From: the human T2T-CHM13v2.0 reference genome, Homo sapiens
NCBI GenBank assembly: GCA_009914755.4
Contig: CP086569.2
Coordinates: forward strand, 12,608,001-12,672,000
Reading direction: 5' to 3'
DNA length: 64,000 bases
Shown here: positions 28,608-43,600 of the stretch, in pieces
Position numbering within the stretch: position 1 is the stretch's first letter
How the letters are laid out: the number at the start of each line of letters is the position of its first letter
Program-made: the position numbers and the translations under genes
The notes under the pieces: model-generated
Told to the model about the DNA's origin: nothing
Database searches by the model: none
The model's input: only the letters and a program-made list of their open reading frames with translations

Positions 28608-31600
28608 TTGGATGGAATGGTGTTGCACGGAATGGAATCGAATGGAATGCCATCGAATGGAATGGAAAGGAATGGACTCGAATGCAATGGAAATGAATTG
28701 AATGGAATGGAATGGAAAGGAATGGAATGGAAAGGAAAGAATAGAATGGAATGGAATGGAATCGGATGGAATGGAATGGAATGGAGTCAAAAGGAATAAA
28801 ATCGCATGGAATGGCATGGAATGGAATGGAATGGAATGGAATGGAATGGAATAGAAATGACTCAAATGGAATGGACTCGAATGGAATAGAATCAAATGGA
28901 ATGGACTGGCATGGAATGGACTGAAAAAATAATGGAATTGAATGCAATGGATTGCAAAGTAATTGATTCAAATGGAATGGAATCAAATGGAATGTAATCA
29001 ACTGGAATGGAATGCAATGCAATGGAATGGAATGGAATGCAATGTAATGGAATTGAATGGAATAGAATTTAATGGAATGGTTTTGAATGGAATGGAGTGG
29101 AATGAAATGGAATAGAATGCACACAAATGTAATGGACTCTAATGAAATTGAATCAAATACAATGAACTGGAAAGGAATGGTATCGAATGGAATTTATTTG
29201 AATAGAAAGCAATCAAAAGGAAGGCAATAGTATGGAATGGAATAGAATGGAATGGAATGGAATGGAATGTACCTGAATGGAATGGACTGGAATAGAATGG
29301 ACTCGAATGTAATGGGTTGCAATGTAATTGATTCGAATGGAATGGAATCAAATGGAATGTAAACAAATGGAATTGAATGGAATCCAGTGGAATGGAATAG
29401 AATGAAATTCAATGGAATGGAACAGAGAGGAATCGAGTGGAATGGATTCGAATGGAATGGAATCAAATGGAATGGACTTCAATGTAATGCAGACGAATGG
29501 AATGGAATCAAATGGAATGCAATCCAATAGAATGGAATTGAATGTAATCAAAAGGAATAGAATGGAATAGAGTGTAATGGAAAGATATCGAATGGAATGT
29601 AATGGAATGGAATCAAATGGAATGGACTGGAATGGAATGGACAAGAATGGAATGGACTGGAATGGAATGGACGGAAATGGAATCGAAACGAATGGTGTGG
29701 AATGGAACTGAAAGTAATAGAATATAATGGAATCGGATGTAACAGAATGGAATTGAATGGAGTCGAATGGAATACAATATAATGGAATGGCTTTGAATGG
29801 AATGGAAAGGAATGGAATGGAAGGGACTCAAATGGAATGGACTCGAATGGATTAGAATAGACTGGAATGGTATTGAATGGAATCGAATGGAATGGAATTG
29901 ACCCAAATGTAATAGACTTGAAAGGAATGGAATCAAATAGAATGGACTCAAAAGCAATGGTCACAAATGGAATTTATTTGAATAGAATGGAATCGAATGG
30001 AATGCAAGAGTTTTTAATGGAAACGAATGGAATATACTGCAATGGAATGCACTGGAATATAAAGGACTAGAATGTAATGGACTGCAATGTATTTGATTCG
30101 AAAGGAATGGAATAGAAAGGAATGTAATCAAATGGAATTTAATGGAATGCAATTGAATGGAATAGAGAGGAATGTAATGGAATGGAACAGCATGGAATCG
30201 AGTTTAAGGGAATCGAATGGAATGGAATCGAATGGAATGGAATCAAATGGAATGGAATGGAATGGAATGGAATCAATTCGAATGGAATGGAATGGAATGG
30301 AATGGAATGGAATGGAATGGAATGGAATGGAATCAACTGGAATGGAATAGAATGGAATGGAACGGAAAGGACCCAAACGTAATGGACTCGAATGGAATAG
30401 ACGTAAATATAATTGACTCGAAATGAATGTTCTCCAAAGTAATTTATTCAAATAGTATGGAATCGAATGGAATGCAATAGTATGGAATGGAATCAAATGG
30501 AATGGACAGGAATGGAATGGATTGGAATAGAATGGACTCGAAAGTAATGGATTGCAATGGTGTTGAATTGAATGGAATGGAATCAAATGGAATGGTATGC
30601 AATTTAATGTAATAGAATGGGATTCAATGGAATGAAGTGGAATCGAGTTGAATGGAATCCAGTAGAAGGGAATCGAATGGATTGGACTGGAATGGAATGG
30701 TCTCGAATGAAATGTACTGGAACAAAACGGAATCGAACGGATTGGGGTCGAACTGAATGGAATGGAATTTAATAGAATGGAATGGAATGGACTGGAATAG
30801 AATGGAATTACCTGGAATGGAACCGAATGGAATCGAATGGAATGTAATGAAATGGAAAATAGTGAAAGGCAATGGAATGGAAAGGAATAGAATGGAATGC
30901 AATGGAATGAAATGGAGTGGAATCGAGTGGAATAGAATCGAATGGAATGGAATCGAATGTATTGGAATCGAATGGAATGGACTTGGGAAAAAATGGAAGC
31001 GAACGGATTAGAATCAAACAGAATGGAATGAAATTGAATGGAATGGAAAGGACTCGAATGGAATGGAGTCAAATGTAATGAAAATGAATGGTATGGAATT
31101 GATTGCAATGGAATTGAGTGGAATGGATTTGAATGCAATGGAGTTTAATGGAAAGATATCAAATGGAATGAAATGGAATGGACTCTCATTTAATTGACTG
31201 GAGTGGAATGGAATCGAATGGAATGGACTGGGGAGGAATGGACTCCAATGGAATGGAAATGAATGGAATGGAATGGACAGGAATATAGTGGAATAGAATC
31301 GGATGGAACAGAATGGAATGTAAGGGAGTCGAATGCAATAGAATCGAATACAATGGCATCAAATGGAATGGAATGGAATGGAATGGAATGAAATGGAATG
31401 GAATGGAATGGAATGGAATGGAATGGTTTGGACTTGAAAGGAATGCATTCTCATGGAATATATTCGAATGGAATGGCCTCGAACGGAATGGAATGGCATG
31501 GAATGGAATGGACCCAAATGTAGTGGAAACAAAAGGAATGGACTCAAATAGAATGGACTCGAAAGGAATGGGCTGGAATGGAATTCATTCGAGTAGAATG

Positions 31601-34600
31601 GAATCGAAGGGAATGCAATAGTATTGAATGGAATCGAATGGAATGGACCGGAATGGAATGGACTGGAATAGATCGGATAAGAATGTAATGGATTGCAATG
31701 TAATAGATTTGAATGGAATGGAAAAGAATGGATTCTAATCAAAAGGAATGGAATATGATGAACTGGAATGGAATAGAGTGGAATGCAATGGAATGGAACA
31801 GAGTAGAATCGAGAGGATTGGAATCCAATGGAATGAAATCAAATGGAATGGAATCGAATGGAATGGACTGGAACAAAATGGAATTGAATTGACTGGAATT
31901 GAAAGGAACGGAATGGAATGCAATGGAATTTAATGGATTGCACTCGAATGGAATGAAGTGGAATCGAGTGGAATGGAATCCAATGGAATGGAATTGAATG
32001 GAATGGACTGGAATGGAATAGACTCGAATGGAATGGAATGGAACAAAATCGAATTGAAAGGATTGGAATTGAAAGGAATGGAATGCAATGGAATGGAATG
32101 GACTCCAATCGAATGGAGTCAAATAGAATGGAATCGAATGGAAAGGAATTGAATAGAATGGAATTGAATGGAATCAAAAGGTATAGAATGGAATGGAGCG
32201 TAATGGAAAGAGATCGTCTGGATTGGAATGGAATAGAACGGACATGAGAGGAATGGACTGGAATGGAATGGACTCGAATGGAATGCACTGGAGTGGAATG
32301 GACACGAATGTAACGGAAACGAATAGAATGTAATTTAATGGAAAGTAACAGAATGGAAACAAATCAGATGGAACGAAATGGAATGGAATGGAGTAGAATG
32401 GAATACAATCGATTGGAATGGCTTCGAATGAGATGTAATCTAATGGAATGGACTCGAATGGTGTGTACTCAAATGGAATAGAATGGAATGGAATGACATT
32501 GAATGGAATGGAATGGACCCAAATGTAATGGAAATGAATGGAATGGAATAAAATAGAATGGACTCAAAAGAATTGGTCTCCAATGGAATTTATTTGAATA
32601 GAATGTAATCGAATGGAATGCAATAGTATGGAATGGAATCGAATGTAATGGAATCAAATGGAATTGACTGGAATGTAATGGACTGGAATAAAACTCACTC
32701 GAATTTAATGGATTGCAAAGTAATTGCTACAAATGGAATAGAATCGAATGGAATGGACGAAAATAGAATGGACTGGAATACAACGGACTCGAATCTAATA
32801 GATTGTAATGTAAGTGATTCGAATGGAATGGAATAGAATGGAATGTAATCAAATGGAATGAAATGGAATTCAATGGAATGGAACAGAATGGAATGAAATG
32901 GAATGGAATGGAGTGCAATTGAGTGGAATGCAATAGAATGGAATGGAATCAAATGGATTTGACTGGAATGGAATGGAGTCGAATGGAGTGGACTGGAACA
33001 AAATGGAATCGAAAGGATTGTAAATCAATGGTATGGAATGGAATGGAAAGAATTGGACTCTAACGGAATGGAGTCAAATGGAATGAAATGAAATGGAAGG
33101 GAAAAAAATGAAATGGAATTGAATGGAATCGAAAAGAATAGTGGAATGGAGAGCAATGGAAAGATATCGAATGGAATGAAATGGAAAAAAAATGGAATCA
33201 AATGGAATGGAATCGAGAGGAATGGATTCGAATGAAATGGACTGGAAAGGGAGGTACTCGAATGGAATGGAATGGAACAAAATGGAATGGAACGAATTGG
33301 AGTTGAACTGAATTGAATGGAATGGAAAAGAGTGGAATGTAAGGGATTCGAATTGAATGGATTCGAATGGAATGGAATCAAAAGGAATGGAATCGAATAG
33401 AATGGAAATGAATGGAATCAAAAGAAATAGAATGGAATGGAGTGTAATGGAAAGATATCGAAAGGAATCATATAAAACGGAATGGACTCGAATGGAACAG
33501 ATTGGAATGGAATGGATTCTAATGGCATGGATTGGAGCGGATTGGACTTGAATGGAATGGAAGGGAAAGGAATGGAATGGAATGGCATGAAATGGAATAG
33601 AATGGAATGGAATTGGATGGAACGGAATAGAATGGAATAGAGTTGAATTTAATACAATCGAATGGAAAGGCCTCGAATGGAATAGAATGGACTCGAATGC
33701 AATGGAAACAAATTGAATGGAATGGAATGGAATTGAAAGGAATGGAATGGAAAGGAAAGAGTAGAATGGAATGGAATGCAAACGGATGGAATGGAATGGA
33801 ATGGAATGGAATGGAATGGAATGGAATGGAATGCAATGGAATGGAATCTAAAGGAAAGAACCGCCTAGAATGGCATGGAATGGAATGCAATGAAATCTAA
33901 TAGAAATAACTCGAATGGAATAGAATTAAATGGAATGGAATGGAATGGAATGCATTGGAAAAGAATGGAATCAAATTTAATGGATTGAAATGTAATTGAT
34001 TCGAATAGAATGGAATGTAACCAAAGGGAATGGAATAGAATGTAACCAAATGGAATGGAATGGAATGCAATGGAATGGAATAGAATGAAATGCAATGGAA
34101 TGGAACGGAGTTGAATAGGGTGAAATGGAATTGAATGGAATGGAATCGAAGGGAAAGAAATTGAATTGAATGGAATGGAATCTAAAGGAAAGAAATTGAA
34201 TGGAATGGACTGGAATGGAATGGACTCGAATGGAATGGCCTGGAACTAAATAAAATCGAACGGATTGGAATCGAATGGAATGCAATGGAATGGAATGGAC
34301 TCTATTGGAATGGAGTCAAAAGGAATGGAAACCAATTGAATGGAATTGAATGGGATTAAAAGGGGTAGAATTGAATGGAGTGTAATCAAAGTTATTGATG
34401 GAATGGAATGGCATGGAATGGACTCGAATGGAATAGTTTGGAATGTAGTGGACTCAGATGGAATAGACTGAAGTGAAATGAACTCGAATGGAATGGAAAC
34501 TAGCGGAAGGGAATGGAAGGGAATGGAAAGGAATAGAATGAAATGGAATCAAATGAAATGGAATGGAATGGAATGGAATGGAATGGAATGGAATGGAATG

Positions 34601-37600
34601 GAATGGAATGGAATGGAATGGACTCTAATGGAATGGACCCGAAATGAATAGTATAGAATCGAATGGCATCAAATCGAATGTAATGGAATGGAATGGAAGG
34701 GAATGGAATGGACCCTAATGTATTGCACTGGAATGGAGTGGACTCAAATATAATGGACTCAAAAGGAATGGTCTCGAATGGAATTTATTCAAATAGAATG
34801 GAATCAAACGGAATGCAATAGTATGGAATGGAATTGAATGCAATGGGATCGAATGTAATGGACTGGAATTAAATGGACTCGAATAAAATGGAATCGAACG
34901 GATTGGAATGGAATGGAATGGAATGGAATGCACTCGATTGGAATGGAGTCAAATGGAATGGAATGGAATGGAATGGAATCGAAAGGAATAGAATGGAATG
35001 GAGTGTAAGGAATGATATCAAATGGAAAGGAATGGAATAGACTCGAATGGAATGAACTGGAACGGAATGGACTCGAAAGGAATAGACTGGAGTGGAATGG
35101 ACTCGAATGTCATGTAAGCGAATGGATTGCAATGGAACGGAAAGGTATAGAATGGAATGGAGTCGGATGGAATGGAATGAAATGGAATAGAGTCGAATGG
35201 AATGACATCGAATGGAAAGGAAAGGAACGGAATGGAATAGACCCAAATGTAATGGAATCGAATGGAATGGACTCAAATACAGTGGACTCGTTAGGAATGG
35301 TCTCGAATTGAATTAATTTGAATAGAATGGAATTGAATGGAATGTACTGGAATGGAATGCACTTGAATGGAAAGGACTGGAGTGGAATGGAATAAAATGG
35401 GATGGAAAATAATCGAATGGAATGGAAGGGAAAGGAAATTAATAAAATGGAACGGAATCGGATGGAATGGAAAGGAATGGAATGGAATAGAATCGAATGG
35501 AATGGCATCGGAAGGAATGGAATGCAATGGAATCTGATGGAACGGAATGGTGTGAAATACAAACGAATGGAATGCCTTTTAATGAAATGGAATGGAATGA
35601 ATGGAAAGGAATGGAATGGACTAGAATGGAATGGAATGGACTGCAACTGATTTGACTCGAATGGAAAGGAAATGAATGGAATGGAATGGAAGGGAATGGA
35701 ATGGAATAGAATGGAATGGAATCGGATGGAACGGAATGGATTGGAATGGAGTCGACCGGAATAGAATCGAATGGAATGGAATCAGATGGAATGGAATGGA
35801 ATGGAATGGAATGGAATGGAATGGAATGGAATGGGCTCGAATGGAATGGACTTGAATGGAGTAGAATCGAATGGAATGGCATCAAATGGATTGGAATGGA
35901 ATTTCATGGAACCAAATGTATTGGACTCGAATGGAATGCACTCAAATAGAATAGACTCGAAAGGAATGGTCTCGAATGGAATTTATTTGAATCAAATGAA
36001 ATGCAATAATATGGAATGGAATTGAAAGAACTGGAATGGAATGGAATGGACCAGAATGGATTGGAGTGGAATAGAATGGGCTCGAATGTAATAGAATTTA
36101 ATGTAAACTAATTGAAAGGAATGGAATCGAATGTAATGTAATCAAATGGAATGGAATGGAATGCAATGGAATGGAATAGAATGGAATGCAATGGAATGGA
36201 ATGGAGTGGAACCTAGTGGAAAGGAATTGAATGGAATGAAATCAAATGGAACGGAATCGAATGGAATGGATTGGAATGGAATGGAATCGAATGGATTGGA
36301 CTGGAATAAAATGGAATTGATTGGATTGGAATCAAACGGAATGGAATGTAATGGAATGGAATCGATTTGAATGGAATATAATGGAACAAAACCGAATTGA
36401 ACTGAATCGAAAGAAAGTAAGTGAATGAAATAGAAATGGATAGAATGGAATGGAGTGTAATGAAAAGATATCGAATAGAAAGGAATGGAATGGAATGGAC
36501 GCGAATGGAAAAGAATGGATTGGAATGGATTGGAGTTAAATGGACTCGAATGGAATGGAAAGCAGTGCAATGGAATGGAATGAAATGGAATGGGAAGGAA
36601 TAGAATGGAATGGAATCACATAGAACGGATTGGAATGGAATGGATTCGAATGGAATGGATTCGAATGGAATGGCATCAAATATAATGCAATGGAACGGAA
36701 TTTAATCGAATGGAATGGACTCAAACGGAATAGAATTGAATAGTATGGCATCAAATGGAATGGAATGGAATGGAATGGAATGGAATGGAATGGAATGGAA
36801 TGGAATGGAATGGAATGCAAGTGACCCTAATGTAATGGACTTGAACGGAATATACACAAATAGAATGGAGTAGAATGGAATGGTCTCGAATGGAATTTAT
36901 TCGAATAGAATGGAATTGAATGGAATGCAATAGAATGGAATGGAATCGAATGGAATCGACTGGAATGGAATGGAATGGAATGGAATACAATGGACACGAA
37001 TGTAATGGATTGCAATGCAATTGATTTGAATGGAATGGAATCCAATGGAATGTAATCAAATGGAATGGAAAGGTATATAGTGGAAGGGAATAGAATGGAA
37101 TGGAATGGAACGTAGTGGAATCGAGTGGAATGGAATAGAATAAAATGGAATTGAATGGAGTGCAATGGAATGCAAAGAAGGGGAATAGAGTGGAATGGAA
37201 TCGAATATAATGGAATCTAATGCAATGAAATCAAATGGAATCGACTGGAATGGAATGGACTCGAAACTAATGGACTGTAACAAAATGGAATCGAATGGAT
37301 TGGACTCGAATGGAACATAATGGAATGGATTGGACTCGAATGGAATGCAGTGGAATGGAATGGACTCGAATGGAACAGAAACGATTATAAAGGAATGGAA
37401 GGGAAAGGAAAGGAATAGATTTTAATGGAATAGGATGGAACGGAACGGAACGGAATGCTGTCAAATGGAATAGAATCGAATGGATTGGCATCGATTGGAA
37501 TGGAATGCAATGGACTCGAATGAAATGGACACTGATGGAATAGAATTGAACAGAATGGCATCCAAAGGAATGGAAAGGAATGGAATGGAGTGGAATGGAA

Positions 37601-40600
37601 TGGAATGACATGGAGTGGAATGGAATGGAATGGAATGGAATGGAATGGAATGGAATGGAATGGAATGGAATGGACACAAAATTAATGGAATAGAATGGAA
37701 TGGACTCGAAAGGAATGGTCTCGAATGGAATTTATTCAGAAAGAATGGAATAGAAAGCAATGCAATACTATGGAATGGAATCGAATGGAATGGACCAGAA
37801 TGAAATGGACAGGAATAGAACAGATTCGAATGTAATGGATTGCAATGTAATTGATTCGAGTGACTTGGAATCGAATGGAATGTAATCAAATGGAATGGAA
37901 AGGAATGCAATTGAATGGAATAGAATGGAATGCGATGGAATGGAAAGGAATGGAATGGAATCGAGTGGAATGGAATTGAATGGAAGGTTATCGAATGAAA
38001 TATATTCAAATGGAATGGATTCGAATGGAATAGACTGGAGCAAAATGGAATCGAACGGATTAGAATCGAAAGGAATGGAATGGAATGGAATGGAATGGAG
38101 TCGAATGGAATGGAATCGAATGGAATGGAGTCGAATGGAATGGAATGGAATGGAATAGAATGGAATGGAATGGAATGGAATCGAAAGGAATAGAATGGAA
38201 TGGAGTGTAATAGAAAGATATTGAATGGGATGGAATGGAATGGACTAGAATGGAATGGACTGGAATGGAATGGACTCGAATGGAATGGACTGGAGTGGAA
38301 TGGACTAGAATGGAACGGAAATGAATGCAATGGAATGGAAAGGAATTAAATGGAATGGAATTCGTTGGAACTTAATGGAATGGAATGGAGTCGAATGGAA
38401 TAGAATCGAATGGAATGGCATCGAATGGAATTGAATGGAATGGGAAGGACTCGAACAGAATGCACTCGAATGGAATAGAATCTAATGGAATGGCATCAAA
38501 TGGAATAGAATGGAATGGAATGGAATGGACTCGAATGGATTGGAAAGGAATGGAATGGAATGAAATGGAATTGAAAGGAATAGAATGGAATAGATTTGGA
38601 TGGAATGGAATGGAATGGAATGGAATGGAATGGCATCGAAAGGAATGGAATGGCATCGAAAGGAATGGCATCGAATGGAGTGGAATGGAATGGAATCGAA
38701 TCGAATGGAATGGATTTGAATGGAATAGAATAGAATGGAAAGGGATCGAAACGAATGGAATGGAATGCAATGGAATCGAATAGAATGGAATGGTCCCAAA
38801 TGTAATGGACTCGAACGGAAAGGACTCAAATAGAATGGATTCGAAAGTAATGGTCTCGAATGGAATTTACTCGAGTAGAATGGAATCGAAAGGAATGCAA
38901 TAGCATGTAATGGAATCAAACGGATTGGAATGGAATGGAATGGACGGGAATGTAATGGACTGGAATAGAATGGACTCAAATGTAATGGATTGCAATGTGA
39001 CTGATTTGAATGGAATGGAATCAAATGGAATGTAATCAAATGTAATCAAATTGAATTCAATTGAATGGAAAAGAATGGAATGCAATATAATGGAATGGAG
39101 TGGAATTGAATGGAATGGAATGGAATCGAATAGATTGGACTGGAATGGAATGGACTCGAATATAATGGCCTGGAATAAAATGGAAACAAACGGATTGGAA
39201 TCAATCGGAATGGAATGGAGTGGAATGGAAGAGAATGGATTCGAATGGAATGCAGTCAAAAGGAATGGAAACTAATGGAATGGAATTGAATGGAATCAAA
39301 AAGAATAGAATGGAATGGAGTGACTCGGGAATACATCAAATGGAATGGAATGGACTAGAAATGAATGTACTGGAATGGATTCGACTCAAGTGGAATGAAT
39401 TGGAGTGGAATGGACTCAAACGGAATGGAAACGAATGGAATGGAATGGAAAGGAATAAAATGGAATGGAATGGGATGGAATGGAATGGCATGGAATGGAG
39501 TCGAATGATATACAATCGAATGGAATGGCATATAATTGAATGAAATTAAATGGACTCGAATGGAACAGAATAGAATGGAAAGGCATCGGAGGGAATGGAA
39601 CGGAATGGAATGGAATGGAATTTAATGGAATGGAATGGAAAGAAACAAATGTAATTGACTAAAAAGGAATGGACTCAAATAGAATGGACTCGAAAGAAAT
39701 GGTCTCAAGTGGAATTTATTCGAATAGAATGGAATCCAATGGAATGCAATAGTATGGAATGCAATAGTATGGAATGGAATCGAATGGAATGTACCAGAAT
39801 GGATTGGAGTGGAATAGAACAGACTCGAATGTAATGGATTGCAATGTAATTGATTTGAAAGGAATGGAGTCAAAAGGAATGTAATCAAATGGATGCAATG
39901 GAATGCAAAGAATCCAATAGAATGGAATGCAATGGAATTCAATGGACTGGAATCGAGTGCAATGGAATTGAATGGAAGGGAATCGAATGGAATGGAACTG
40001 AATGAAATGGACTGGATTGGAATGTACTTGAATGGAATTGACTGAAAAATATTTAATTGATCGGACTGAAATCAAATGGAACAGAATGGAATGGAATGGA
40101 ATGGACACTATTTGAATAGAGTAGAATGGAATGTAACCAAATGGAATGGAATCAAATGGAATGGAATTGAATGGAATCGAAAGGAATAGTATGGAATGAA
40201 CTCTAATGGAAAGTTATCGAATGGAAAATAATGGAATACAATGGACTCATATGGAATGCACTGGAATGGAATGTACTGGATTGGAATGGACTCAAATGGA
40301 ATGGAATGGAATGGAATGGAATGGAATGGAATGGAATGGAATGGAATGGAGTGGAATGGAATGGAATAGAATGGAATGGAATCAGATGGAACTTAATGGA
40401 ATGGAATGGAGTCGAATGGAATAGAATCGAATGGAATAACATCAAATGGAATGGAATAGAATGGAATGGAATGGAATAGAATGGAGTGGAATGGAAAACA
40501 CTCAAATGGATTGGACTCAAATGGAATAGAATCGAATGGAATGGCTCGAATGGAAGAGAATGGAATGGAATGGAATGGACTTGAATGGAATGGAAGTGAA

Positions 40601-43600
40601 TGCATTAGAATGAAATGGAATGGAAAGGAATAGAATGGAATGGAATCGGATGACACGGAAAGGATTGGAATGGATTCGAATGAAATAGAAATAAATGGAA
40701 TGGCATCGAATGGAATGGAATGTAATATACTCGAATGGAATGGACTCAAATGGAGTAGAATACAATAGAATGGCATCAAAAGGAAAGGAATGGAATGGAA
40801 TGAAATAGAATGGAACCAAATGTAATGGAATCAAATGGAATGGACTCAAATAGAATTGACTCGAAAGGTATGGTTTAGAATGGAATTTATTTGAATAGAA
40901 TGGAATCGAATGGAATGCAACAGTAAAGAATGGTATCAAATGGAATGGAATCAAATGGAATGGACTGGAATGGAACGGACTGAAATAGAACAGACTCGAA
41001 CATAATGGATGGCAATTTAATTGATTTGAATGGAATGGAATTGAATGGAATGTAACCAAATTGAATGGAATGGAATGCATTTGAATGGAATAGAATGGAA
41101 TGGATCGGAGTGGAATCGAATGGAATGGAATCGAATGAAACGTAATTGAATGGAATGGAATTGAATCGAATGGACTGGAATGGAATGAACTCGAATGTAA
41201 TGAACTGGATAAAGTGGAAACGAACGGATTGGAATCGTACAGAATGGAATGGAATGGAATGGAAGAGACTGTTCTCGAATGGAATGGAGTCGAAAGGAAT
41301 GGAACTGAATGGAATGTAATTGAATGGAATCGAAAAGAATAGAATGGAATGGAACGTTATGGAAAGATATTGAATGGAATGGCATGGACGCGAATGGAAT
41401 GGACTGGAATGGAGTGAACTCGAATGGAATGGACTGGAATGGATTAGACTCGAATGGAATGGAAACGAATGAAATGGAATGGAAAGGAGTAGAATAGAAT
41501 GGAATTGGATGGAATGGAATGGAATGGAATAGAGTCAAATGGAATAGAATCGAATGGAATGGCATCGAATGGAATGGAACGGAATGTAACGGACTCGAGT
41601 GGAATGGACTCTAATGGAATAGAGTAGAATGAAATGGCATTGAATGGAATGCAAAGGAATGCAATGGATTGCAATGGAATGGACCCAAATGTATAGGAAT
41701 CCAATGGAATGGACTCAAATATAATGGATTCAAAAGGAATGGTCCCAAATATAATTTATTCGAATAGAATGGAATCAAAAGGAATGCAATAGTATGGTAT
41801 GGAATCAAATGGAAAGGAATCGAATGGAATTGACCAGAATGGAATGGACTGAAATAGAAAGGACTCGAATGTAATGGATTGAAATGTAATTGATTCGAAC
41901 TCCTTGGAATCGAATGGAATATAATCAAATGGAATGGAATGGAATGCAATGGGAAGGAATAGAATGGAATGCAATGGAATGGAACTGTGTACAATTGAGT
42001 GGAATGCAATCGAATGGAATGGAATCGATGGAATGAACTGGCATGGAAAGAACTCGAAAGGAAAGGACTGAAAAAAATGGAATCGAACAGATTGGAATTG
42101 AATGGAACAGAATGGAAAAAATGGAACGGAATGGAATGGAATGGATTCTAATGGAATGCAGTCAAATTGAATGAAATCAAATGGAATGGAATCGTACAGA
42201 ATGGAATTGAATGGAATCAAAAGGAAAACAATGGAATGGAGTATAACAGAAAGATATTGAATGTAATGGAATGGAATAGAATGGAGTCGAATGGAATGGC
42301 ACGGAGTGGAATTCACTCGAATGGAATGGACTGGAATGGAATCGAATCCAATGGAATGAACTGGAGAGGAATGAAATCTAATGGAAAGGAAATGAATGGA
42401 ATGGAATGGAATGGAAAGGAATGGAGTGGAAAGGATTATAATGGAAACGAATCGGATGGAACAGAATCGAATGGAGTCGAATTTAATAGAATCAATTGGA
42501 ATGACATCGAATATAATGGAATGGAATGGAATGGAATTCATTGGAGTGGAGTTGACTCTAATGTAATGGAAACGAATGGAATGGAATGGAATGGAATGGA
42601 AGGGAAAAGAATACAATGGAATGGAATCGGATGGAAGATAATGGAAAGGCGTCAAATTAAATAGAATCAATTGGAATGGCATCGAATGGAATGGAATGGA
42701 ATGGAATGGAATGGAATGGAATGGAATGGAATTAAATGGACTCGCATGGAATAGAATTGAATGGTATGTCATTGAATGGAATGGAACGGAATGGAATGGA
42801 ATGGAATGGAATGGAATGGAATGGAATGGAATGGAATGGAATGGAATAGAATGGAATGGAATGGTACCAAAAGTAATGGACTCAAATGGAATGGACTCAA
42901 ATAGAAAGGACGCGAAAGCAATGGTCTCGAATGGAATATATTCAAATAGAATGGAATTGAACGAAATGCAATAGTGTGGTATGGAATCTAATGGAATGGA
43001 CAAACATGGAATGGACGGGAATAGAACGGACTCAAATGCCATGGATAGCATGGTAATTGATTCGAATGGAATGGAATTGAATGGAATGGAATCAAATGGA
43101 AAGGAATGGAATACAATGGAATGGAATAGAATGGAATGCAATGGAATGGAACGAGGTGAAATTGATTGGAATGGAATCGAAAGGAATGGAATCGAATGGA
43201 TTGGGATTGATTGGAATAGACAGGAATGGAATGGACTCGAATGTAATTTAATGGAACAAAATGAAATCAAACGGATTGGAACCGAACAAAACGGAATGGA
43301 AGGTAATGCAATGTCCTCGAATGGAATGGAGTCGAATGGAAGGGAATCAAATGGAATGGAATTGAATGGAATGGTACTGAATGGAATCGAACGGAATTTA
43401 ATTTAATGGAGTGTAAAGCAAAGATATCGAATCCAATGGAACAGAATGGAATTGACTTGAATGGAATGGAATGGAAAGGAATGGAAAGGAATGGAATGGA
43501 GTCGAATGGAATGGACTGCAGTGCAATGGACTCGAATGGAATGGAAACGAATGGAATGGAATGTAACGGAATGGAATTGAATACAATGGAAACGAATAGA